From Eledone cirrhosa (taxonomy: Eukaryota), in assembly GCA_964016885.1 (NCBI GenBank), contig OZ024742.1:271436001-271500000 (forward strand): 64,000 nucleotides of DNA, read 5' to 3'. Positions within the stretch are counted from its first letter, which is position 1. Each line of letters starts with the position of its first letter. A program made the position numbers and the translations under genes. Positions 1 through 15,782 of this stretch are shown in pieces. The notes below the pieces were generated by a model. That model did not search any database. It saw only the letters and a list, made by a program, of their open reading frames with translations, and had not been told where the DNA came from.

Positions 1-1200
1 TTCTTTTTTTCTTAGTTCTCACTATCATATTCTAACATGTTCTGCTTTACATTTAGCAAGTCACATTTGCATCACTTTCTCCAATATTTATGCATTTGGC
101 CCAAATCCTTTATACACCCTGACACTATCTCTATTATTATCCAACTGCATACGGTGGATAAAGTGTTTTGTGTCTCTCTAACCCTTTAGGATCGCTCATT
201 CTTCATCACTCTTACTAAATCTGCAATGAGTCAGTTGATTTTCATGTTATTCGAAATGGCTAAGTTTCCGTTAATCAAGTACTGGGAGGCCATGTGTTTG
301 GCATAATGCGAATGGAGGATAAGCTGTGTCTTGCTAAATGTTTCTAAACAGAGTTTCTTGTCTACTATAGGTAGTCGATGATTGGTTGAGTAATCTACGG
401 TATTTTAATACTGTATTTTAATACTGTATTTTAATACTGTATTTTAATACTCTAGCAGATAGAGTTAACTAAGTGCTAAATGCTTTCCACCTGATCCTCT
501 GAAATTTCTGACTGTTTTCATGAGGGCAATTGTTAACTACCATATTTATGTCATCTATCTAGCTGGAGTACATAGTCAGGGTTAAGAAATTCTCATCTAA
601 GGGTCCCTAAAATGTGATCTCCTACCATACCATAATGAGGTTAGCTTCGTCACCAGCAATGCATATGTTTCGTCACCAGTCAATGGCATATGTTTTGCCA
701 TTGAATTAAATATATGTTCCTTAAGGGTTAATATTATACTAGTACCCATCGCATCTGCTCCATCTTTCAGTGTATATCTTCTTGGCAATGGAGGTAATAT
801 AAGGTGGCGTGTCTGATGCTGTGATTATGAGAGATAGGCTGCTCATGCCTTGTGTATCTAACAATACCTTATCCCGATTAAATCTAAGCAGGAATCCCTG
901 CTCGAATGTGCCGATCTCATGGAGCGCTACTGCACTCTCGCTGATCATCTTCACGCATTTTCCAAAGCAAACTCCACATCAATGGATGCGTATAGGGAGA
1001 CCCCATCTATGCTAACTATTGTACAAAGTGTCATGTCCAAAGATAGCTTGCATTCGTTGATTATGTTGGAAATGACGTCTCTGTTGACACATATGTCTGG
1101 AGACATTTCATCTATGGGGTGTATGATCATGGAGAGAAAGTAGGAGAGCCTGTACTTTATGGCAATGTTTCCCACACCGCCTGCCCGTGACTATTTGTTT
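1..1200 (-). mobile_element. Degenerate Penelope-like element RT fragment (family B)
   Basis: Broken frames on the minus strand give RT motifs: IVSIDGVSLYASID (ORF 951-1175), LTLKEHIF..GKTYA..IAGDEANL (~630-730), YSS*IDDI (~545-572) and HSHYAKHMAS (~285-320). They parallel the copy at 13110-13220 (TLKKHMFKFNG..AQEEGADIGVSIAGDIANLFMV). Confidence 0.65.
400..451. repeat. 13-bp tandem repeat (GTATTTTAATACT) x4
   Basis: Four consecutive copies are directly visible. Confidence 0.9.
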
Positions 1201-1379
1201 TGTGATCTTTGGGAAGTCGATTCAGTTTCGGTATCTCATTTTTCCATGACAGGAAATTGTTAGCTATACGGTTTTAGGCTGCATTATGCTAGATCTCAGA
1301 ACAGAATCAATGCTCCTACATTTAACAGATGCGTCAAACGTAAACGAAAATCAGACCAAAACTAAACAGATAACATTAG

Positions 1380-1745
1380 TGGAATAGCAACAACCTTACC
1401 ACTAGTAACCAAGGACACGATAAAGATAGAGACACATAAGAACTACAGTAATAGAATAAAACAGACACACAGATAGAACAAGTAACCAACTAATGATAAC
1501 TAAATACACGCATAAATAGATAGCAAATAAAATTATTGAAATACATAAGTAAATAAATAAAAAAACACATAAACACACATACAGATATAACGCATGATCT
1601 ATCATGTACACAGCTCACAAAACTAAGATGGTGTAGGACAGAACATAAAAGAGGCACAACAATTAGTCAATTAGGGGTTAATAGAATGTGTGACGAAAAA
1701 CCTTTGAAAATCAACAACTAGTCGACTGGGAGTTTATAATAAATT
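1380..1745 (+). mobile_element. PLE family B 3' UTR with eroded hammerhead, inverted relative to the RT at 1-1200
   Basis: aagatggtgtaggacagaaca..gaggcaca..aatgtgtgacgaaa..ctttga (1625-1706) matches 13916-14012. The CTGATGA core is lost in this copy. Confidence 0.55.
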
Positions 1746-2206
1746 GAAGTGAAATCAAACAAGTGCATGCATCAAACAAGGCAGCATGATCGTCCCAAAA
1801 AATTACGATATAACGATATATATTAAATATATATAGAGAGAGTAAAAATAACGGAGCAAAGGACTCGCGTATGATCCTGTAATTAAATGAGCTCAAAGGA
1901 AATAGTTTTCCTGGGCGCTTTAAAATACAATATATAGAGGGGAAAGACACAGGAGAGTGTGTTTTTCATTAGAGGAATTTCGAACCACCAGCGTGAGAAG
2001 AATATAAGCTACTAGAGGCATTGGTAAAACATTAAAATTAAGAGTATAAATTAAAATGAAAAACCATCCTCACCTAAATCACACATGTACACACTCACCA
2101 GGAGCATGTTTCGCCACTTTAGTGGGTTCCAATACGGCCCGGTGGGTCATTAGGATGCGGAGGGCCAATATTGTCCGCACTACTAGAGAGAGAACTAAAA
2201 TATATA

Positions 2207-2337
2207 TAACAAAGGAATTGTGATAAGGAACCAGATGGACCATTACGCAGCAGAGTACTCAATACTTAGGGTAGTAGAATGGGAAATATATAAACGTATG
2301 ACCCCAACGGCAGGGCTCTGCCGTCGGGATCATACTT

Positions 2338-2341
<4 letters not shown>
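2207..2341. mobile_element. 135-bp collapsed fold-back PLE terminus (family H-related)
   Basis: 2207-2300 matches the reverse complement of 62135-62230 and matches 18091-18190. It ends in the hairpin gtatgaccccaacggcag-ggct-ctgccgtcgggatcatac and is flanked by TA runs. Confidence 0.8.
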
Positions 2342-2402
<61 letters not shown>

Positions 2403-3379
2403 CAGTTCAAGAGTAACCAAGTTACTTAGTTCCTGCTTGCTAAACATGGCGACTTCTAACAGTAAGTAGCTCAACTACGAGAGCTCAAGTATACGCAGTT
2501 CAAGAGTAACCTATCTTAAAGAGAGAGATCGAGATAGGAGAGGAGAGATTGGTGGATTAGTTAGAAGCCAAAGCGTAAAGGCATGTGTTCAATGTGCAAT
2601 ATGCAGTGGAAGGCAGCTAGGTGGCTGGGTTCATGCAGAGGTTAGGTGCACAGAGCTGGAAATATTAATTATTTAAGCAAAACAAGACCACAGATTTCAC
2701 AAGGAAGACATTATTAAAATATTGTCAACATATTTTAGTTTGATGTAAGGAATGTATAGAATAATATTAATAATATTAATAATAATAATGTCCGTTTACA
2801 ATTGTTTCGCTTATCCATATAATATTTCTGGATCAAATGATTATATATCATTATTGATCTGGTTCAGTTGAAAATAATTAACATAATTAACATATAAATT
2901 AACATATAAATTAAAATAAGGAAAGAATTTTACATAAATGTAATGTTCCATATGTTGGTATTTCACTATGGTGTCCTGGGTATATCCATTGTCTGCCATG
3001 GTGGAGCAGCATTCTTCTGTCGAGGCTCTATTGTGTGAGATCTGCCTATGGGTAACAAGATGATCGCCAATGGACATATTTACCTTACTAACTAGAGGGT
3101 GGTTTCACCTCGAGAGATTAGAAATTGTGGGTAGTTTATAGTTAAGTGCTAATTTTTTTATTTTTTTAATTGAGAGACAATCTAAGGGAGGTAACTTATA
3201 ATTATCTAAGTTAGTTATAGCTATTTAACTTATTAGCTACAAGTAAAAGTGGGGCTAGATGACTATGTTGGGTCAAATATTCTGTTGGCGAAGGAATTAG
3301 CGCTTCGATGTTGATAGCTAATAGTTACCTCCGTTCTATCGTTAATCGGTAGAGGTCGTGATAGAGTTATGTAATATGC

Positions 3380-5651
3380 TTCGGTAAGACAGATTTCACA
3401 AGATTGTCTTCATCCATTGAACGGTTGGGCCCTAGCCCAGATATCCCATGTTAGTGAGTGTTCAATGTTGGTTAATTTAAGGTTTTTAATGAACCTAGCT
3501 AGAGATGTCGAACATCTGTTGTTGGGGTCTCAGAAGGAAAAAGAGTTCGCGTTATAGCGTACGTTAAAAGGGTTAGAGGTAGACCCGATATATGAGCTGG
3601 TCTGCGAAGCAGTTTTAACCGTGCACCTATAGACTATGTTGAGTGTCAGGCAGTGTCCATTTAGTGGGCATGCATTAGAGTAACGGCAGTTGCAGTTACT
3701 TCTGCGGTTAGTGAGAGTAGGGTTGTTTAACCTAAGCGGTTGGTTAGTGGTAGAAGGATTAGATGGGGGAGGTGTGCTACTAGAGTCATTATTGGTGTAT
3801 TGGCGTGGTGTATTTGATGGGGGGGGGGGGTACCGCGGTGTGGGAGTTATACTGTCTTAGTTTATGATGGTTACTGAATGCGATGTGGCTAGCTAGGTTA
3901 GGTGTTGTGGAGAATGAGATTTTCATGTTAGTTTTATTAAAGAGTTTGTAATATCTATGTTGGGGGGGGGGGTAGATAGGATAGAGAAGAAGCGTTTAGG
4001 GATATTAGTCGCTAGATTCGATGAGAATGGGGGGTTAAGCCAGGTGATATTTCTAGGCCTATTCCTTCTAGGGGTTCTAGTGGACTTGGTAGGGGCCTTC
4101 ATAGGGTTATTATTACCTGGGCATTTGTTATTTGTCATCCCATTGCTCATTCCTATTCTAGGGTTGATTTTTAATTTGCTACTCAGAGTGGGAAGCAGGT
4201 CACTGTCACCATTAAGGTTCCCTGTATAAGTGCTGTTACTGCTAAAATTCCGGCGAATCTGGCTATATGCTGAGGTATTTCTAGTTCTAGTGTTAATTTT
4301 ATTATGGTTGTGGTGAATTGCTGTGTTATGGCATTTAGGTATGTAGTAAATGGACTGTTCATAACCAGATTCAGAAAGAGACTTATTATAATATGCTGCA
4401 TGGTTTATAAATATCTCCTCATTTGCTGATAGCATGGAGATCCTATATGAGATAGATTTGATTACTGCTCTGATGATTGCCGGTGGGTGGTTAGAGAGTG
4501 GGCTAATATATGTAAGTATTTCACCTGGTTTATGGTAAGGGTAATATAGGTTATTGTTAAGAACCAGGGTAACGTCTAGGAAGTTTACTACTTTATGGTT
4601 CGGCTCGATGGTGATAGAGAGACCGTTATTTTTAAAGAATCTGTGTAATTGTTTTTTGAGCAAGTCAATGCCTCGATTAGTGCTATTGTGGACTGCAAAT
4701 AGGACGTCGTCCCTATATATTCCGCCTTGCAAGGGTTGGATTTCGGTTCTGATGTTATGTAATAGGTAAATACCAACTAAATCGGTGATTTGCGCAGAGT
4801 CACTTGAGACCATCGTGATGTCAAAGTTGTCTGTTCTTTATAGTCCAGAGTGCTCCGTTGAATTCGATGATGGTCTGCCTAGCCATAAGTATGATGCCAA
4901 TCGCATTATTGGTTATGTCAGAGTTGGTGCTGGCTAGGCTTAATGCTTTGTTGAGCAGTTCCGTGGTTATTGAAGCGTAATAGCTGTCAATGTCAAATTG
5001 GATGAACCTCATAGATTCTTTGGACCTTAGATCGGAGAACCATCTAATGACTTGGCCGGTGTTGGATCACTGCTTGTAAGTGATATCATCTCGTAGCCCA
5101 GGGATGATCCTATCAAGGATGTTCTTACTGATACGACCCAAGTCGGATCTGGTTGGGATTATAAGTCTAATAGATGTGTTCTCTATAAAGTTTGGCTTGT
5201 GATCCTTGAGAGAGAACCTTGGTGCTGTAGGTACATAAGGGTGGGTAAATCTATCCAGATGCAAGTACTTAACTAAAGCCTAGGCTTTTCGGTTAAGCGA
5301 GTTCACACTGGAACATATAGTTTTTTTATAGTTTTTATTATGTTCCTTAAGAAGGAAAGAGTTGTAAGTTTCGGGAGTCATGGTGTATAGATTTTTAGTT
5401 TTGTCAGACATAACATGTAAGAGGTGGCTATCTTTACATGTTTGTATAGTTGTTGCTAATTTTATGAGGAAATTATACTTGTGTCTATAATGCTTTTTGA
5501 ATTTAAGGCTCCTGGCGAAGTTAAATAGATCTTTCTCAAAAGGGTCCAGCAGGATGTTGTGTAGAGGGTTCTTGCAGTTGGTAAATCCATATATGTTTGC
5601 TGTACTTCCGGCGTCAGCAGCACCCGCACGGTCGAAGTGGAAGGTTTCCAT
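3380..5651 (-). pseudogene. Disrupted PLE RT + GIY-YIG endonuclease ORF
   Basis: Motifs in order: YGF..PFEKDL, LKDHKPNF..RLIIPTRSDLGRISK, FIQFDIDSYYASI, GGIYRDD, VNFLDVTL, SNHPP, WLNPP, CNCRYSNACPLNGHC, NIVYRC..YIGSTSNPFNVRY. Several stops and frameshifts. Confidence 0.9.
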
Positions 5652-6257
5652 CGTATTCTTCAGATGAAAGAGTTGACACTCGGTATTAGGAGTTTGAGGT
5701 ATGTCTTCCTGTCCGGGATAGGTATAGACATAAGTGACATCCTTAGTTCCTGCTTGCTAAACATGGTGACTTCTAACAGTAAGTAGCTCAACTACGAGAG
5801 CTCAAGTATACACAGTTCAAGTGTAACCTATCTTAAAGAGAGAGATCGAGATAGGAGAGGAGAGATTGGTGGATTAGTTAGAAGCCAAAGCGTAAAGGCA
5901 TGTGTTCAATGTGCAATATGCAGTGCAAGGCAGCTAGGTGGCTGGGTTCATGCAGAGGTTAGGTGCACAGAGCTGGAAATATTAATTAGTTATGCAAAAC
6001 AAGACCACATATTTCACAAGGAAGATATTATGAAAATTTTGTCAACATATTTTAGGTTGATGTAAGGAATGTATAGAAGAATAATAATAATATTGTTACC
6101 CATAGGCAGATCTCACACAATGCCGCCTCGACAGAAGAATACTGCTATACTATGGCAGACACTAGATCTACCCAGGACACTATAATGAAATACCAACATA
6201 TGGAACATTACATTTATGTAACATTCTTTCCTTATTTTAATTTATATTCCTTTTGAA

Positions 6258-6376
6258 GTTCCGATGAGCTGCTCTATTTCTACCTATGTTATTTATTTTC
6301 AACTGAACCAGATCAATAATGATATATAATCATTTGATCCAGAAATATTATATGGAGTATCGAAACAATTGTAAAC
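6258..6376 (+). ncRNA. Hammerhead-like motif with long stem-II insertion (family A; core mutated)
   Basis: gtt-CCGATGAG-ctgctc..(~80 nt)..gagtat-CGAAAC-aatt-GTA/aac. U4 is replaced by C; stem III is the palindrome ACAATTGT. Confidence 0.5.
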
Positions 6377-6501
6377 GGACATTATTATTATTAATATTAA
6401 TATTATTATTCTCTACATTCCTTACATCAAACTAAAATATGTTGACAATCTTTTAATATTGTCTTCCTTGTGAAATCTGTTGTGTTGATTTGCTTAACTA
6501 A

Positions 6502-8032
<1,531 letters not shown>

Positions 8033-8033
8033 T

Positions 8034-8490
8034 TGTTATACTTGGGGAGTGTCATATTTGTGTAATATTGCCAGAATTAATAACAGAATACACTCAGTGT
8101 TTGGTTGGTTTTCGCTTTTCGCTTCTGTGTATTTTATATCGGTTAATTTAATTTATTCGGTCCTCAATGTTGCCATTGACTGACCAATGGTCAAAAATAC
8201 AGATACAATATAGACACAAACATATATATATATAGTTCATCAACGTTCTTTCGTTGCACATCTGCAACTTCTTCAGTGGTGCTATTGTTTCCTCCCGTTG
8301 CATTGTATTTTCTACGGCATCTTTATTTAGTATGTTTATATCTTTTTTTTGTCTTCTTTGTGCATGCGTTTGCGTTTGCGTTAGTGTTTTGTTTGATGTG
8401 TGTTTGGATTGGGTGACTGTGTATTGGTTAATGCATTCTATCTTTACTAGTGTGTGTTTATATGTGTTTGTTGTTATTGTGCTTGTGTAT

Positions 8491-8541
<51 letters not shown>

Positions 8542-8578
8542 TACTTCTCTTAGGTCAGTGTTGTTTGTTTGGATGTTG
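8034..8578 (-). mobile_element. 3' end of a family B-related PLE with hammerhead remnant at 8239-8280
   Basis: Minus strand reads acca-CTGAAGA-a-GTTGCA-gatg-TGCAAC-GAAAG-aa-cgt-tgat. The terminus atgacactccccaagtataa resembles atgaccctcccaaagtataa at 14146-14165. Flanked by TA. Confidence 0.65.
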
Positions 8579-8579
8579 T

Positions 8580-8669
<90 letters not shown>

Positions 8670-8674
8670 ATATA

Positions 8675-8818
8675 AGGCGGGTAAAATTCTCGAGGTCCAT
8701 GAACGAGTTCTCTCCAGCGGTCTCTGTCCCTCATTATCGCTGCCATGTCCTGCGTCTCCAACAGACCAGTGTCTGTCCTTAGGGCATCAACATACATTAA
8801 CCTTGGTCTTCCTCTTCT
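8675..8818 (-). mobile_element. RTE-clade LINE 3' fragment
   Basis: [28 protein letters not shown]; near-identical to 39947-40090; its 3' end abuts (TA)n. Confidence 0.8.
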
Positions 8819-8878
8819 AGTGTTAAATAACTACCTTATTCGAGTGGCGCCGGTAAGGTATTGTCAGCCATTGAAAAG

Positions 8879-8936
<58 letters not shown>

Positions 8937-8937
8937 C

Positions 8938-9417
<480 letters not shown>

Positions 9418-9430
9418 TATATATATATAT

Positions 9431-9870
9431 CCAGGGAGTGTAAAGCATAACCACAGACTCCGCAGGACCATCTGCACAGATGAACTGCAGATATAATTAG
9501 CACACTTCCGCCCTTCAATGCGTGGACCCCTATCTTAAAATCAATCCAGAGACAACAACAACCAATGCTTGATGACTAACTGCACCACTATCCGTGGATC
9601 GGTTATGTGGCAGCGGACATGTGGTATACCGATGGAATGCAGCAAATGTAAGTAGTTCCACATTGGTAGCGTTACTTAAGCACTCCACATTCGCATTAAA
9701 GGACACATAAAAAAATATGCATCCTCATTCACAAAGTACAATGACAAATGTAGAAACACCAACAAACATATTTCTCCCAATATTGAAGCTAGAGATTGAT
9801 ATGTGGGGAATGTAATAGTTAAGGAAGCCTTGCTCATACGTGGACTCAACTCACACACAATACTTAACAT
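9431..9870 (+). mobile_element. Highly degenerate GIY-YIG (PLE-like) remnant
   Basis: Broken frames read VVY..ECSKCK.FHIGS..LHIRIKGH..SSF..C..KEALLI. Confidence 0.5.
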
Positions 9871-12724
9871 TAAAAGACACACTCACACGCACACAAACTA
9901 AACAACATCTCATGCAAAAAACAAAATTCATTTCATGAAGTACTACTTGGCAATTGACGTCATTCTCGTGAATAGTGAAATAACCGTAAAAAAACGATTG
10001 AAAACGACAAATTTAATCCCAAAGAGAATAAACGGGAGCATTATTCTCTGATAGTTCCTTAAACTCAGAAGATGGGAATTTCAGATCCTCAAATATTAGG
10101 ACAGAAGAAAGAACAGCAACAACAGAAAAAACAAAGATTACTAGTTAACATTTTACTTACCTCATCTTACATTCTACGTTGCATTGTTTAGCCTTCTATA
10201 TCTTTCCTCATTGCATATCATATAAAGTGTTTCAAGCAAACAATTTAATGTTGACAAGTAAACATAATTTGATCATTCCTTAAATGTATCTTGGTCTGCC
10301 TGTTAATTTTTCAGCAGACATTCGTACACTCACACATGTGCATATGGACATGTATGTATATGGATGTATAATGCAGTATTTTATATGGGTTTTTCCATAT
10401 AACCGAGTGTATCAGCCTACTGACACGGGAAATATAGCCGTAAAAAAAGTGATCATGGCAATGTCATAGCAGAACTTTGTGCACTATAAAATATCTATGC
10501 AATGTCCATTTACAGAGCATCACTTTTCCTTACACTAAATAATATTAATATGTAGTTTACAGATGAATTCCAATTTTAGAAATTAAGATTCACATACACC
10601 GGAGTGTGTAAGGCAAATTACGTAAAATATTAATTGTTCGTGTAATACGGATTGTTCAATGCACTATAAGATTAAAAGTACAGTACTATCTACATATTGC
10701 AATGGACGGGAGAAACGTTAGTCGCTGGGCCCTGTAATTTCAGAACGTCATCAGAGACGTAATTGAAAGAAATAGGTATTATTTGGTAATCGCCATTATG
10801 TTGCAATATTTGAATAGTTAATTGTCACACAAATGTCACACAAATTTGTATAGTTAATTCCTTAATTGGAAAATAGAAAATATGATTGGGCATCGATACT
10901 AAATATTCGATATGTTAATATATTAGTATCAGAAATAATATCGTAAAAGCACTATGCCTTTTTGTCAGTCCACCACTGAATGAATGTTTTATTTTTGAAA
11001 AATGTCATACAATGAAAGTTGTATTTTTATTTATTATCATTTTAAGATGAAGTTTACGCCTGCATGCATTTCTTAATGTTATGAGGGGGAAACATGAAGC
11101 GATGTGGATTTCCGTTGGAGAAGACATATATTTCAAGCGGGAACACAGAGGGGGAACTGAATATAATTTAGGAAGTCATTTAGCATTGCTCTGAATTGAA
11201 AACACACGCGCATTCTGCGCCAAATAATAATTCTTGCAAACACTACAAAAATCATTATGTTTGTTAATATCTACAAAAATTCATGTTAGTATATGCACAT
11301 AAACCGTTACTTAAACACAGAACAACACGCACCGACACATATATCTACGCAACAGAAATAAGCACAAGAAATTAATAAATGAAATTGAATGTTATCTAAG
11401 TCTCTGATGAATTCGCAATAATATCAGCTAATTTCACTATTTTCTATACATTTTCAAAAATTAATGCACTACATATATAAATAATAAAAATAAAGATTAA
11501 ATAACAGCAGCGTACCACCATCAGCCTCAATGGTATAAAGAATGATAACAACAGCAAATACAGAAATAATATTTAAAGTAATAAAACAATGGTAAAAATA
11601 TCGCTGGAAGCATACTAAATAGGAGAATAACATACGGTAAACATCTCCAAGAGATAATGCCGAGATATTAGCGTTAGAATAACGAACAGGTAATTAAATA
11701 TAAAGAATTTTTGGGAAACAAAATACAAAACACTGAGAGAGAGAAAATAAATAATGATTAGTGGTAAATTTCAGAACTAATCCTCTAATATTATTTTTTA
11801 AATTCACTATCTCTTTCTCAATCTCCATATCTCCATCATTATCATATCAACATTGTTTTCAATATCGCATGCAACATACCCATGTTATCTCCACATACAT
11901 TTCTATGTGTAGCGGATTAAGTAAACAAACCCGAGACGATTCTTCATTCCATAACACGAGATTATTATTTTTTAAATACCATAAGACAAAAATAAAATAT
12001 TATCTGCATTACTGTATACTCACGATGCCAAAATTTCTCATTCAAACTCGCAAGAGAGTCAGCTCAGTTCACAAAGGAGAAAAAGAAAGAGAGATAGCCA
12101 GACAAATACATGTAAGTGAATTTGACGATCGTCTTCAGATAAATAAAACACTGCAAAACTCTGACGGAATAAGACTTCCTGAATGATTAGTCTGTCCTAT
12201 GAAACATCGGCTCATAATTTCGAAGACGTAGCACAGCATGACCCTGAGCAGATGTGTATTTACCATATCAATCTGTCTCTCTGTATATTTATATATATAT
12301 ATATGTGTGTGAATTTCATATATTTGAAAATATACGGTATGTTTAATAAATAAACGTCGGGTGAACAAATATTTGAAAACCCAGCTATGAATATTGAAAG
12401 GCAGACACAAAGCACCGTCTAGCGGGATCCAGCAAAAGTAGCAATGGTAAACTGTCTACAAGCAATTCAAGCTACTGGCTACAATTTTCAAGTTCCAGCA
12501 GTGAGTAACACTGTCCTGTTGATAGCCATTAGCTCGAAATGCGCATAAACAGTGTCCCTCACTAACTACATCTGCTTTTATCCACTAGACGGTGGTGACC
12601 GTCAGCCTTTCAATATTCATAGTTGGGCTTTGAAAATGTTTATTTATTAAGCACACCGTATATGTTTAGATATACGTAGTTCACATACATATATGTATAC
12701 TGTTATGCCGAACCTCAATTTTAA

Positions 12725-12828
<104 letters not shown>

Positions 12829-13325
12829 CGCAAAATGACATTCCATCGCCAACAAATCCGAGACGCAAGCACACGAAAAATCTCCTTAAGTAGTCACATT
12901 GCAATTATGCAGGAATGACCCTTCAACTTTAAAATCTTCCTTCTTTACAAGTACCCTGATTCCTTCACTCAACAACAAAGAATAAATAAAAACAAGACTA
13001 TTTATTAACAGAAAGATGGAACGGGTGGACCAGAGCCATACGGACACGCGAAAACCATGATGAACTAAAGAAAATGATTGCACATGCGGTAGGGGCCAGT
13101 ATAAAACTAACCCTTAAGAAACATATGTTCAAATTTAATGGAAAAAACATATGCCCAAGAGGAGGGAGCAGACATTGGTGTTAGCATTGCAGGTGACATA
13201 GCCAACCTATTCATGGTATGATATCAATAAATACCAGAGTGTAATGTTCATCAATACAACCTCTAGAGGTCAAATAAATTGCACATAAAAGGGCCCTAGA
13301 TAAAATTAAACTAAATATTAAGATA

Positions 13326-13775
13326 GTGGAAAGAACAGGTACCTCCATAAAAACACTTATTAGTAATACATACCCTTTCCAAAGACCTCCCTTTATAGAT
13401 AAGAAATGCATAATCTGTAAAGTAAGCCCCCATATTAACTGCAAAACTAGAAACATAGTATATTGCATAAGATGTACTGAGGGACAATGTAAAGATAAGA
13501 ATATAATGTACATAGGTGAGACAGCTCGTAGTATAGAAGAACAATTAAATGAATACTGGCGAGTGCTTCAAGATAGAAAAGACTCATCAGTACTCCACCA
13601 ACATGCTAAAATAGAACATAAGGGAAAATTAGAGAACATAGAAATAAAAATAAAATCTACACACAGAAAAGACGCAATGTTTAGAAAAATCACAGAGGCA
13701 ATAAACATAAATGAACTTCAACCAAAATTAAATAGAAAACATGAATGGAATAGCAACATCACAACTTATAATTAG
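13326..13775 (+). pseudogene. PLE C-terminal GIY-YIG endonuclease domain
   Basis: CIIC..NCKTRNIVYCIRC..C..MYIGETARS..HQHAKIEH..EAINI..PKLNRKHEW. Confidence 0.85.
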
Positions 13776-13970
13776 GGACAAAATGGAAACACACACACAG
13801 AGAACAAACAACTAACTAGTAAATGTAAATAAACAAATAAATAAACAAATAAAAACACACACATACACACGGATGTAACACATGCGCAAACTAAGCACAC
13901 AACACACACAAAACCAAGATGGCGTAGGACAGAACAAAGGAGAGGCACAAAACAAAGAAACTAATCCCTA

Positions 13971-14013
13971 GTCACTGATGAGGTCACATAATGTGTGACG
14001 AAAGAACTTTGAC
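13971..14013 (+). ncRNA. Minimal type I hammerhead ribozyme (canonical core)
   Basis: GUCA-CUGAUGA-G-GUCACA-uaaug-UGUGAC-GAAAG-aa-CUU/UGAC. Stems I and II pair perfectly. Confidence 0.85.
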
Positions 14014-14164
14014 AATATATGAACAATCGTCGGGTTGTGGACACAAACCAACCAACCGGAAATTTATTAAAAAATTTAAATTTATAATTTAATTTATAAT
14101 AAATTAGAGTGAATTCTTCTGCTGCGTGTGTTTCTTATTGGCAACATGACCCTCCCAAAGTATA

Positions 14165-14199
<35 letters not shown>

Positions 14200-14650
14200 G
14201 CGTGTATAATGGTAGCTATGGTGCTTCCATAGACGGTATGCCAAAATTAGCACTCAATATTCATACAGAGCAGAGTGTGAATAGTGTAAAAAAACGAAAA
14301 ATCAGTGATGCATCTGGATTCAGTTTATTGCGTGTTACAATTGTTTCGCCGGCAGGTAGCTCGCGACATGATCACTGTATGGATCTGGCTGATTCTACGG
14401 CTGCAGGTTCCTTCGGACACATGCAATTCTTACGAAGCAAATTTTCCCACTGGGGTGTTATGGTCTAAAAACACCTTCATAAACATCTTCCGCTCTTGCC
14501 ATGCCATTGGCGTTGTTTATCTACGTCATCATACGTTCTGGTCACTATTTACTGCTACACCGGTCATCAGTCATTTTTCGTCCGACACACTTCAATGGGG
14601 CCATGCTGGGTTTGATATCTCACACGTCTGTTCACCCTCCTGAGTATGTA
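14200..14650 (+). mobile_element. Probable Tc1/mariner transposase remnant
   Basis: Frameshifted motifs SDASGFSL (cf. SDESKF.L), VW, and GVMV (cf. GSVMVWG) occur in Tc1-like order. No TIRs were identified. Confidence 0.4.
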
Positions 14651-14687
14651 CCCACATATGCACACACACACACATGTATGTAATGTA

Positions 14688-14788
<101 letters not shown>

Positions 14789-14918
14789 TACATACACAAT
14801 TATAGGTGACATGTTTTAGAAAATCACAAACATTCCACATTTCACCTGTAGAAACTCAAATAAATATTCCAACGAATTAACCCGGGCATTTATTATATAA
14901 TGCTGATTATATAATGTT

Positions 14919-15105
14919 AGGCACGTGGATTGGAAGTATCGGTAGAGGGTCAGACGCCATGCTTTCCAGCATAGCACGTCCCTTTACGATCTGAGTTCAA
15001 ATCCCGCCGAGGTTGACTTTGCCTTTCGTCCTTACGGGGTCGATAAAATAAAGTACCAGAAATGCACTGGGTAATTGCTGGCCTTGTGCCTAAAGTAGAA
15101 ATAAT
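14919..15105 (+). mobile_element. tRNA-derived SINE
   Basis: A-box-like TGGAAGTATCGG and B-box GAGTTCAAATCC, followed by gaggttgactttgcctttc..ggggtcgataaaataaagtaccag. Three copies in the window. Confidence 0.85.
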
Positions 15106-15697
15106 TATATATGAAATAACACATCGACCTTTAACAGGAGATAACATTAAAATTCTACAAAGATTTTCAAATATCGACACCTGGCAAAAAGAATGTATAT
15201 TACCTTGTACATATTCCTTTATTGTACTTGAAATATGTTTCACCAATATATAGTGTATTTCGAAAGTCAATCAAGGTTCGTCAGCGAAGGATAGAATTCA
15301 GCTATCTTAACTTACACACAAGATACAGAACAGGGACTGGTGAATGGTTTTATCGACGCGAATAGTTTTATCGACAGCGAGACATGGCAGCCAAAACCTT
15401 ACAACAGTGTAAAGATTTACTAAAATATATTTAAGAGCATATTTATATTACATTCAAAAGTATAAATATTATCTTTGAGAAAATCGCAAAAGTGTTCCAT
15501 ATCACCTGTAGGTGAAGCTCGAAGAAACATTCCGAAATCCATGTGATTCTTTCATCAATCCATGTTCTGTATCATGCATGTATGTTCAGAGAGCTCGACT
15601 TTATCATATTTGACAATCTTTATTGACTATTTCAATAAAATAAAGGAATATGTACGAAGGAATACACACACACACATACACCCCCCCCACACACACA

Positions 15698-15774
<77 letters not shown>

Positions 15775-15782
<8 letters not shown>

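Noticed and set aside
11090-11290. Possible hAT transposase C-terminal remnant
   Set aside because: Only a faint SFS..LKT resemblance; no frame or TIR support.
11404-11430. CTGATGA as a hammerhead core (also at 46681)
   Set aside because: No stem II followed by GAAA and a cleavage triplet.
12582-12596. CTCF-like site CCACTAGACGGT
   Set aside because: A single mismatched short motif, expected by chance.
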